From the IMG/VR virus record IMGVR_UViG_3300033067_000650, positions 1 to 28,467 of that record: DNA of 28,467 nucleotides, one strand, 5' to 3'. Below are positions 1-6,324 of the stretch, in pieces (position 1 is the first letter of the stretch; every line of letters starts with the position of its first letter). The notes below the pieces were generated by a model. That model saw nothing but the letters and a program-made list of their open reading frames with translations. It was not told the DNA's origin and ran no database searches. The position numbers were made by a program, and so were the translations under genes. This DNA comes from a virus. Taxonomy: Duplodnaviria; Caudoviricetes.

Positions 1-32
1 GTGTACCGAGGTACACCGCTCCCACTGTCCGT

Positions 33-203
33 TCACTTGTCCTCCTCCATGTCTCTGATCCGCTGGTCGTAGTAGCGGCGTTCCGCTTCCCGCTGCCGCT
101 CCTCGTCGATGCGGGCATCCGTTGAGCGGGTCAGCAGCAGCCAGATCCCGCCCGCAAGGGCGGCCATGATCCCGGCGACGGCGACGATGTCGACGGCTCT
201 CAT
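33..203 (-). CDS. small membrane protein (early region), 56 aa
   Basis: Start re-assigned to ATG at 203, which overlaps the upstream stop (ATGA). N-terminal hydrophobic helix VDIVAVAGIMAALAGGIWLLL, then a charged tail. Confidence 0.7.
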   Translation of the reverse strand: MRAVDIVAVAGIMAALAGGIWLLLTRSTDARIDEERQREAERRYYDQRIRDMEEDK

Positions 204-439
204 TCGCCCTCCCCGAAGTCGTGGCCCCGGTCGGCAGAGCAGAAGTGCGGCCCGTCGTGTCCCGGCACGCGGGAACAGGTACAACCGCCGTCGTAGAAGT
301 CGCAGTACACGTCGAACTCGTGGCTGTAATCGCAGGCGACACACCAATGTGGATCGGGGTGACCCAGTTCGCGGAGACACTCACAGCCGTCGTCTAAGTA
401 GGCCCCGCAGCGCAGCGGGATAACGTCGTCGGCGCTCAC
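200..439 (-). CDS. small Cys/His-rich putative Zn-binding protein with two tandem motifs
   Basis: GTG start after GGAGG, overlapping the upstream stop. Two copies of C-x7-CxC-x4-GH-x2-PH-x-C. Confidence 0.7.
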   Translation of the reverse strand: MSADDVIPLRCGAYLDDGCECLRELGHPDPHWCVACDYSHEFDVYCDFYDGGCTCSRVPGHDGPHFCSADRGHDFGEGE

Positions 440-735
440 TTGTCCTCCGTGATGAGTCGCACTAGGCCCATTCGCACCAGGACGTCCGCTACCTGTTCTC
501 CGACGTCGGCGGCGCCGACCTTGTACCCGGCGTCTGTCGCCTCCTGCGACAACTGCGCGAGCCGCTCCTCCGTGTACGCCTTCACCCCACCCAGGGCTTG
601 CGCGGCGTGCGAGGGGCAGCAGTAGACGCCATCCCCGTCGCAGTCAATGACGGACACCCATCCGGCACGGACCGCCTCCGCCTCAGGAACCGTCTTGCTA
701 CAACCGTGTAGGTCGCATTCGTAGAGAGCCGCCAT
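436..735 (-). CDS. hypothetical protein with Cys motifs (CDLHGC...CCPSH)
   Basis: Start at ATG 735 (or GTG 738) after GGAGG, coupled to the upstream TGA. Confidence 0.7.
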   Translation of the reverse strand: MAALYECDLHGCSKTVPEAEAVRAGWVSVIDCDGDGVYCCPSHAAQALGGVKAYTEERLAQLSQEATDAGYKVGAADVGEQVADVLVRMGLVRLITEDK

Positions 736-760
736 CACTGGTCCTCCGTGATGAGTCGCA
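436..760. repeat. 26-bp direct repeat at gene junctions (436-461 and 735-760; 13-bp partial copy at 33-45)
   Basis: tcact(t/g)gtcctccgtgatgagtcgca, one mismatch between copies. It encodes RLITED(K/Q)* plus the SD and start of the next gene. Confidence 0.85.
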
Positions 761-1025
761 GAATGGGGTGGGTGCGGTCGCGCGGATATTCGGCCCGCCA
801 CAGCCCGGCAACCGAACGGCGCTGACTGATCGGATGCCGGCCGAACGCGACCAGCTGCTGCGCGTCGGCGACGGCCGCGTCCCACTCGTCGGCCGCATCG
901 GCCTGGGCGACGTCGCGGCGGTACCGCTCGACCGCGTGGTACGCCTCACGCAACCCTCGGGCGGCGAGGAAGGTTCCGGCCAGGATCACGACGGCCAGCA
1001 GAGCGATCTGGGTGAGCGGGGTCAC
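735..1025 (-). CDS. membrane-anchored hypothetical protein
   Basis: GTG at 1025 after GAGGAG, GTGA overlap. N-terminal TM segment IALLAVVILAGTFLAA. Confidence 0.65.
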   Translation of the reverse strand: MTPLTQIALLAVVILAGTFLAARGLREAYHAVERYRRDVAQADAADEWDAAVADAQQLVAFGRHPISQRRSVAGLWRAEYPRDRTHPILRLITEDQ

Positions 1026-1147
1026 GGTGTCTCCTCGTGTCGGACGTAGTCGGGTGCGGCGTGCAGGATGCCGATGAACCGGCAGCGCTGGCTGAGATAG
1101 ACGAGGGCGCCGCACTGGACACAGCGGCGGAGCGGTTCCGGGGTCAT
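1022..1147 (-). CDS. 41-aa hypothetical protein with CxxC (MTPEPLRRCVQCGALVYL...)
   Basis: Read by hand (below the ORF-track cutoff). Fills the gap exactly, with 4-bp overlaps at both ends. Confidence 0.6.
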   Translation of the reverse strand: MTPEPLRRCVQCGALVYLSQRCRFIGILHAAPDYVRHEETP

Positions 1148-1638
1148 GCGCTATCCCGCGCGACGTGACTGCGGTAGAGCCGGTAGTTCGAGAAGGCCTT
1201 GAGGATCGGCACGTCGTGCGCGGCAGCCATCTGGAGCCGGTCGTCGGCCTCATGGCGGTGACCCTGCGGATTCGTGTAGGTGTTGTCGTCGCTGTAGAAG
1301 TGGCCGGCGGGGCAGGCGATCTTGGCGGCGTTGGTTCGTGACAGCGGCGACGGTGCGGCAAGCCCGGTGTCGTGGGCGTGCTGGTTGTTCTCGGCGTAGG
1401 TGACCGCTTCGAGGTGGTCGGGCCGGACGCACCGCTTCACGCCGCAGATGTGATTGATCGTCAACCCGACCGGGATGGGTCCGACTTGCGTTAGGTACGA
1501 GAACTTGTGGGCGGTCCACGGGGCATATCCGATTGCCCCGTAGCCGCGGGACTGAGTGCCGGCGGTCCACAACCAGCACCCATCGGTCTTGTCGACCTTG
1601 GTCCAGAATCGCGAAATCTCCGCGTCGGTGAAGATCAC
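1144..1638 (-). CDS. HNH endonuclease
   Basis: RFWTKVDKTDGCWLW...AHKFSY...INHICGVKRCVRPDHLEAVTYAEN. GTG start at 1638 overlaps the upstream stop. Confidence 0.85.
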   Translation of the reverse strand: MIFTDAEISRFWTKVDKTDGCWLWTAGTQSRGYGAIGYAPWTAHKFSYLTQVGPIPVGLTINHICGVKRCVRPDHLEAVTYAENNQHAHDTGLAAPSPLSRTNAAKIACPAGHFYSDDNTYTNPQGHRHEADDRLQMAAAHDVPILKAFSNYRLYRSHVARDSA

Positions 1639-1817
1639 GCGGAACGCTGCCCGGCGATGAAGTCCTCTACGTCTTGCGGCCGGTATCGAATCAGCCCCTC
1701 CATGCGCACCGGCAGAAGAATCCCGGATTGCTCCCATCGCTCCAGCGTCTTGCGGGTGACCCGGAGCCGTTCGGCGACCTCATTCCGCGTTAGTAGCGGT
1801 TCCTGTGTTGGTGTCAT
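1635..1817 (-). CDS. Cro-like / excisionase-like MerR-type HTH protein
   Basis: LLTRNEVAERLRVTRKTLERW...IRYRPQDVEDFI. First gene of the leftward operon, divergent from the repressor. Confidence 0.85.
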   Translation of the reverse strand: MTPTQEPLLTRNEVAERLRVTRKTLERWEQSGILLPVRMEGLIRYRPQDVEDFIAGQRSA

Positions 1818-1823
1818 GGCTGA

Positions 1824-1853
1824 AACGTAGTCATACCTACGGTGTCACGTCAA
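1824..1853 (-). promoter_or_regulatory. SigA-like leftward (lytic) promoter, predicted leaderless transcript
   Basis: -35 TTGACG (1853-1848), 18-bp spacer, -10 TACGTT (1829-1824), 6 nt before ATG 1817. No SD. Confidence 0.7.
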
Positions 1854-1899
1854 GTCTCTCCCAATACCCGCGTGTCGTATAGGATTTCGAGGCGTCAGC

Positions 1900-1972
1900 G
1901 CCCCCGTAGCTCAGTTGGTAGAGCAGTGGACTTTTAATCCATGGGTCGTCCGTTCGAGCCGGACCGGGGGTA
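1900..1972 (+). tRNA. tRNA-Lys(UUU)
   Basis: Full cloverleaf: acceptor GCCCCCG/CGGGGGT, D arm GCTC-AGTTGGTA-GAGC, anticodon arm GTGGA-CTTTTAA-TCCAT (TTT at 1933-1935), T arm GTCCG-TTCGAGC-CGGAC, discriminator A. Followed by CCG, so CCA is not encoded. Confidence 0.95.
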
Positions 1973-1977
1973 CCGGG

Positions 1978-2020
1978 TTGCGAAATGTCGCATGATGTCG
2001 CATGATGTCGGTATGACCAC
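1978..2020 (+). promoter_or_regulatory. repressor promoter (leaderless) overlapped by phased ATGTCG repeats / putative operators
   Basis: -35 TTGCGA (1978-1983), 17-bp spacer, -10 CATGAT (2001-2006), 6 nt before ATG 2013. ATGTCG at 1985, 1995 and 2005. Confidence 0.6.
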
Positions 2021-2318
2021 AATGCAGAATGCAAGCGAATCGCTGCATGTCACCTTCGGGGACCGACTGCGACGTCTCCGGCTAAGTCAGGGGATGGACC
2101 AGAAGCAGTTCGGGGACGCCATCGGCGTCTCGGGGGCCACCGTGGGCAAGTACGAACTACAGCTACACGACCCGCGCCAAGCCAGACTGGTCCTGAACAG
2201 CATCAGGCTCGTGTACGGAAAAGACGCGGCAGCCTTCGTGGCTGGCGCAGACCCGCAACCTACGGGTTGTCGACCTCGGCACCTGGTTCTGGTGCCGCAA
2301 CTTTCGGAGGTGGCGTGA
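2013..2318 (+). CDS. immunity repressor, XRE-family HTH
   Basis: TFGDRLRRLRLSQGMDQKQFGDAIGVSGATVGKYE is an XRE HTH. Start placed at ATG 2013 because longer starts overlap the tRNA or promoter. Confidence 0.88.
   Translation: MTTMQNASESLHVTFGDRLRRLRLSQGMDQKQFGDAIGVSGATVGKYELQLHDPRQARLVLNSIRLVYGKDAAAFVAGADPQPTGCRPRHLVLVPQLSEVA
2250..2269. other. putative attP common core within the repressor gene
   Basis: ACCCG-caaccta-CGGGT is an inverted repeat with a 7-bp spacer. The reverse complement AACCCGTAGGTTGCGGGT resembles the tRNA anticodon-stem 3' strand, variable loop and T-stem 5' strand. Confidence 0.55.
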
Positions 2319-2551
2319 TGAGTGACGCGGGTCGAACGTTGGCCGTGACCGAGGCCTACGAGTGGGCTATCGACGTGTTCGAGTCGATGGACCGGGAGGA
2401 GGCGCTGGACTATTTGCGCCGTGTCGCTGCCAGGCAGCGGCAGAGCTACGAGCGAGAGATCGAGTATGCGCGGATCGCTCGGTTGCTGGGTCCTGCCTAT
2501 TCGGCTGAGTCCCGTGTCGTTCCGACGGTTGAGCCTGACCGGGTGACGTAG
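2318..2551 (+). CDS. hypothetical helical protein between repressor and integrase (77 aa)
   Basis: GGAGG then a TGATG overlap with the repressor stop. Confidence 0.7.
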   Translation: MSDAGRTLAVTEAYEWAIDVFESMDREEALDYLRRVAARQRQSYEREIEYARIARLLGPAYSAESRVVPTVEPDRVT

Positions 2552-2588
2552 CAGCGGAAAGTACAACGGGGGGTCGGAGGTGGTGGCA

Positions 2589-3404
2589 ATGATTCCGTCC
2601 GTGACTAATCGGGGTAACGGTAAGGCGCTGGACACGTGGGCGACGCATTGCGCGGCGGGAGACATGTCCGAGGGCAGCATCTACCTGTATCGGCGCTATC
2701 TGGTGCGGTTCCTGCGCGGCCGGGCGGTGTATGCGGTGTCGGTGGAGGATTGCGAGGCGTGGCTGTCGGAGCATGATTGGGCGCCGTCGACGCGCCGCTC
2801 GGCGATTAGTGCGCTGCGGTCGTTCTACCGGTGGGCGTTCGTCCGAGGGTTGATGGCGGAGGATCCGACGGCGGGGTTGCATCGGCCGAAGTTGCCGGAG
2901 CCGTGTCCTAAGCCGTGCCCGGATGCTGCGTTGGCGCAGGCGTTGCTGGCTGAGGGTGACGTCTGGTGGCTGGTGCGATTAGCGGCGACGACTGGTCTGC
3001 GGCGTGCCGAGTTGGCGCGTGTCGCCAGCGCCGATGTGGAGTTGCATCGGGACGGGTATTGGTTGCGGGTCGCGGGTAAGGGTGGCCGGGTGCGGATGGT
3101 GCCGTTGGATCGGGCGGTCGCAGAGTGGGTGATGGCTCGGCATGGGTGGGCGTTTCCGTCGCCGCGTAAGCCCGGCGAGCATGTCACGCCGGATTGTGTG
3201 GCGCGGAGGTTGAAGCGGATCCTGTCCGGCTACTCCGCGCACACGCTGCGCCACCACTACGCGACCGAGGCCTACCAGGAGTCCGGGGATTTGTTGGCGA
3301 CGCAGCTCCTCCTCGGGCACCGCTCGCCGGTGACGACGATCGGCTATGTGCAGCAGGATCCGGCTAGATTGAGGAAGGCTGCCGCGGCAACGTGGGTGGT
3401 GTGA
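2589..3404 (+). CDS. int: tyrosine integrase lacking an N-terminal arm-binding domain
   Basis: Catalytic set GLRRAE (R), GKGG (K), HTLRH (HxxR), LGH, GY (Y). Core-binding domain WAPSTRRSAISALRSFYRW. About 270 aa. GGAGG precedes ATG 2589 (GTG 2580 is an alternative start). Confidence 0.93.
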   Translation: MIPSVTNRGNGKALDTWATHCAAGDMSEGSIYLYRRYLVRFLRGRAVYAVSVEDCEAWLSEHDWAPSTRRSAISALRSFYRWAFVRGLMAEDPTAGLHRPKLPEPCPKPCPDAALAQALLAEGDVWWLVRLAATTGLRRAELARVASADVELHRDGYWLRVAGKGGRVRMVPLDRAVAEWVMARHGWAFPSPRKPGEHVTPDCVARRLKRILSGYSAHTLRHHYATEAYQESGDLLATQLLLGHRSPVTTIGYVQQDPARLRKAAAATWVV

Positions 3405-3420
3405 GGGTGAGGGGTGTGAG

Positions 3421-4137
3421 ATGAGTTTCCAGTATGGGCAACTCTCCGATGATGGCCGCTGGTGGTGGGACGGCTATCAGTGGCAGCCGGCCCAGCCCCA
3501 ATGGCCGCAGCAGCCGCCAGCGGGCCAGATTCCCGGCCCAGGTCCCGCATGGGGTCAGCAGCCACAGGTTGTGCCGGGGTCGTTGTCTGCGGACGGCCAG
3601 TGGCGGTGGGACGGGCAGCAGTGGATCGCCGCGACACGACCGCAGGTCAAGGGTAAGTCGCACACCGGCGTGATTGTTGGTGTTGCAGTGTTAGGCGGGG
3701 TGTTGCTGCTCGGCCTGGTGGCGGTCGCGTTCGGCAGTAATCAACCGCAGCCGGGTAGCGCGGCCTCGTCCGCGTCGCCTCGCACGTCATCGGCACCTAT
3801 TGCTCCGGGCGCGACGCCGACTCGATCTGTTGAGAAAGGCATTGGGTCGCAGGACGCGTCTGGGGACGTCACGCTCGGACCGATCAAGAAGAGCGAATTC
3901 GGCGGCGTGACCGTCGTAGTCATGGCGAAGAACAGCAGCCCCAAGCGGTCGAACTACGCGGTTGATCTGGCAGCTGAATCGCCGGACGGTAAGACTCAGT
4001 ACGCCACGACGCTGGCCTACATCGAGAACGTCGAGCCAGGGCAGACAGCCAAGGACGAAGCAGCGTTCATCGAGGACATCCCGGCAAACGCGAAAGTCGT
4101 CGTGCAGACAGTTGAGCGCACGTCTGCCGTCGGTTGA
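3421..4137 (+). CDS. membrane protein with two Trp-rich repeats, one TM helix and an extracellular beta domain (candidate prophage-expressed exclusion protein)
   Basis: LSDDGRWWWDGYQW and LSADGQWRWDGQQW repeats, Q/P linker, TM VIVGVAVLGGVLLLGLVAVAF, C-terminal NVEPGQTA (FxLYD-like) domain. Confidence 0.8.
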   Translation: MSFQYGQLSDDGRWWWDGYQWQPAQPQWPQQPPAGQIPGPGPAWGQQPQVVPGSLSADGQWRWDGQQWIAATRPQVKGKSHTGVIVGVAVLGGVLLLGLVAVAFGSNQPQPGSAASSASPRTSSAPIAPGATPTRSVEKGIGSQDASGDVTLGPIKKSEFGGVTVVVMAKNSSPKRSNYAVDLAAESPDGKTQYATTLAYIENVEPGQTAKDEAAFIEDIPANAKVVVQTVERTSAVG

Positions 4138-4211
4138 ACAGTTGACGCACGCGGCGGAGGCGGCATGGGTGGCCTAGGCGGGGGATAGAGTATTTCGATG
4201 GAAGATCAGCC

Positions 4212-4475
4212 ATGACAACGATGGAAGTTAGACCCGCGAGCCGCCCCAGGGGAGCGCTCAACCTGCGGCGTAGTCCGGCCTTCCTCCTGATCCGCAATGG
4301 TCAGCCGTGGGCATGGGTCGGCAAGAATCGCGTCAGCGAATCCGAATGGGCCGATGCGGTTGAGTCGGGGTGCGCCAGCGATCTGTGCGCGATGGCGCTG
4401 GAATCTGACACGGTCAGCGCGCTCGACGTCATAGTCCGATTGACTTGGGACGGATACCGCGCGAGTCCCTGCTGA
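4212..4475 (+). CDS. hypothetical protein
   Basis: Best ORF filling the gap before the terminator. Possible -10 TAGAGT at 4186-4191. Confidence 0.5.
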   Translation: MTTMEVRPASRPRGALNLRRSPAFLLIRNGQPWAWVGKNRVSESEWADAVESGCASDLCAMALESDTVSALDVIVRLTWDGYRASPC

Positions 4476-4496
4476 GTCGGATCGATCCTAGACATG

Positions 4497-4543
4497 ACGA
4501 ATCGCCCCCACCTTCACAGAAGTGAAAGCGGGGGCATCGTCGT
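4497..4543 (-). terminator. hairpin between the convergent late and lysogeny operons
   Basis: Minus strand GCCCCCGCTTTCAC-TTCT-GTGAAGGTGGGGGC: 14-bp stem with 2 G-U pairs on this strand. Weak U tail. Confidence 0.65.
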
Positions 4544-4548
4544 GCAGG

Positions 4549-4761
4549 TCAGTCGGTCTGGCGTTGGTCCACTATCTGGGCTATCTCATCGTCTATGCGC
4601 TTACCCCATTCGGCGAAGCTGAGCCCGCACCGTTCGCAGTGGGCGCCATGGAAGGTCTGACTCGGATTCCTGAACACATGGGCACAGTCAGCTGCGCCAG
4701 CGGTCTCGGAGGTAGCGCAGCCACAGCCGAAGCCATGACCCGAGCAAGGTCCGCGGTTCAC
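4549..4761 (-). CDS. small Cys-rich hypothetical protein
   Basis: GTG after GGAGGA, GTGA overlap. CAH...CERCG motif. Confidence 0.6.
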   Translation of the reverse strand: MNRGPCSGHGFGCGCATSETAGAADCAHVFRNPSQTFHGAHCERCGLSFAEWGKRIDDEIAQIVDQRQTD

Positions 4762-4916
4762 TCGTCCTCCTCCTCGTCGTCGTCATCGTCGTCCTCGTCT
4801 TCGACCAGCCAGCGGTCCATAAATCGGAAGTGGTGGCCCTTCGGGAAGATGGCGTCCCACAGTTTGATCCCGAGGGGCACCAGGACCATGACCGCGACGG
4901 CCGCCCATTCACCCAC
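4758..4916 (-). CDS. 52-aa single-TM protein with a poly-acidic tail (lysis cassette)
   Basis: Read by hand: MGEWAAVAVMVLVPLGIKLWDAIFPKGHHFRFMDRWLVEDEDDDDDDEEEDE. Overlaps both neighbours. Confidence 0.7.
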   Translation of the reverse strand: MGEWAAVAVMVLVPLGIKLWDAIFPKGHHFRFMDRWLVEDEDDDDDDEEEDE

Positions 4917-5295
4917 CTCGCAACGCCCTGCGCTCTTCGCGCCAGGCGCCCCCGGACATGACGACGAAACAGGCGGCGAGGAGTGTGTTCACGTTGGTGG
5001 CGCCGACATCGACGGCGAGGATCGTGGCGACGGCGGCCCACACTCCCGTCGACCAGAGGAGTCCGTGCAGCATCCACGTGTTGCGTTGCCACGCCCACCC
5101 CGCACACAACACGCCGACGGTCGCGACCGCGGCCAGGCCGACGATGACACCGGCGGCACCGTCGAGCAACTTGCCGACCGCGATGCCGGTGAGGCACGCC
5201 CATGCGATGACGGCGGTCGCGATGGACACGCCGAACACGTACGGCCGGAACCTTCGGGCCCGCCGCGGCGGGAAGGGCAGATGGGTGCCGCTCAC
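4909..5295 (-). CDS. 4-TM membrane protein (holin/accessory lysis)
   Basis: Four hydrophobic segments. Directly downstream of, and coupled to, the endolysin. Confidence 0.75.
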   Translation of the reverse strand: MSGTHLPFPPRRARRFRPYVFGVSIATAVIAWACLTGIAVGKLLDGAAGVIVGLAAVATVGVLCAGWAWQRNTWMLHGLLWSTGVWAAVATILAVDVGATNVNTLLAACFVVMSGGAWREERRALRGG

Positions 5296-5981
5296 TTGGT
5301 GAAGGCGGCCTTGATCGACGCGAGCTGCTGATCGGACACGTCGATGCGGACCGTGTTCCGTTCGACGTCGGTGCGGACCATGTTGAAGTCTTGACTGCCG
5401 CCGACGGGGATGAGCCGGTCGCCCATCACGACGTGCCAGCCCTTCGGGTTGCGCAGGATAATCATGGGGTCCTCCTCGGACGTCGACACGGGTAGCGGGG
5501 TCGGTGCGGTCTGATAGTCGGGCATCCCGAAACCGGAGATGACCGACGCGGAACGTTGGAAGATGCCCACGGACGGGTTACCGCCCTGGGTGATGTTGCC
5601 CTCGATGGTGGTGATCCAGCCGTCCGGCCAGGTCGACGCGTCGAGGACGAACCCGATGTGGTCGATCAGCCCTACGTCGGACCCGAGCGAGGCGCCGCCC
5701 CAGTCGAAGAACACGTGCGCGCCGTACTGCGGCTCCAGCGACCAGGCGCCGCGGTCCTTGTAGCCCTGCGCGGCGGCCGGGGTGTAGTGCAGAAGCGGGA
5801 AGTCAACTCCGCGCCGTCCGCCGACCTGCGCGGCGGTCCACTCTTGGAATATGCCGCACCACTGCGAGAACACGTCCCAGCCCATCGCCGGGCAGTAGCG
5901 GCGTTCGCCGCCGTCGTCGTCCTCCTGGTAGCCGACCTGGGACGGGATGACGGCTCCGGCCGCGGCGTCAGCGGTGAACAT
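5292..5981 (-). CDS. endolysin, CHAP-domain amidase/peptidase
   Basis: SQVGYQE...WCGIFQEW (Cys), VFFDW...DHIGFV (His), TIEGN. Pro/Thr linker and short C-terminal domain. Confidence 0.88.
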   Translation of the reverse strand: MFTADAAAGAVIPSQVGYQEDDDGGERRYCPAMGWDVFSQWCGIFQEWTAAQVGGRRGVDFPLLHYTPAAAQGYKDRGAWSLEPQYGAHVFFDWGGASLGSDVGLIDHIGFVLDASTWPDGWITTIEGNITQGGNPSVGIFQRSASVISGFGMPDYQTAPTPLPVSTSEEDPMIILRNPKGWHVVMGDRLIPVGGSQDFNMVRTDVERNTVRIDVSDQQLASIKAAFTK

Positions 5982-6324
5982 CGACGTCCGGCCCGGCTAC
6001 GAACTGGTCACCGGCGAGGTAGTCGGAGATGCGTTGCCGCTCGGCGCGGTCGTTTCTGGCGGGCGGGTGAACCTCGAGCTCGGGTTGCGCCGGTTCGGGC
6101 GCCGGCGCCGGGATGGGCTCGGCGACGTCGACGGTCGGGGCCGCTTCGGAGGTGAGCGTCTTCCCGACCCAGCCGCCGACGATGCCGGCCAGAGTGGAGA
6201 TCGCAACCCACGCCTCCGCCGGGACGGTCTTGCCGAGCGCGGAGAGGATGATCCACCCGAGGACGAGTAGGCCTGCGAGTCCGATCAGACCGAGGATCGC
6301 GGGGGTGTCGGGTCGTTGTCTCAT
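5968..6324 (-). CDS. holin-like 2-TM protein
   Basis: Two TM helices then a Pro/Glu-rich tail. Immediately upstream of the endolysin. Confidence 0.7.
   Translation of the reverse strand: MRQRPDTPAILGLIGLAGLLVLGWIILSALGKTVPAEAWVAISTLAGIVGGWVGKTLTSEAAPTVDVAEPIPAPAPEPAQPELEVHPPARNDRAERQRISDYLAGDQFVAGPDVDVHR

Noticed and set aside
1-16. Inverted repeat GTGTACC-GA-GGTACAC at the window edge
   Set aside because: Lies within a gene running off the window, is short and single, and cannot be interpreted.
33-760. CRISPR-like array from the 26-bp repeats
   Set aside because: Only two full copies about 300 bp apart, each spanning coding junctions, and no cas genes.
1900-1975. tRNA as a host gene marking a prophage boundary (attL/attR)
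   Set aside because: Both flanks are phage switch genes with matching promoters, and no host genes are present.
1941-2012. Longer repressor N-terminus
   Set aside because: Would start inside the tRNA gene or upstream of the predicted transcription start.
4522-5331. 269-aa plus-strand ORF with poly-Ser
   Set aside because: The poly-Ser is the reverse complement of the D/E tail of the 52-aa minus-strand gene, and the region is fully tiled by coupled minus-strand genes.
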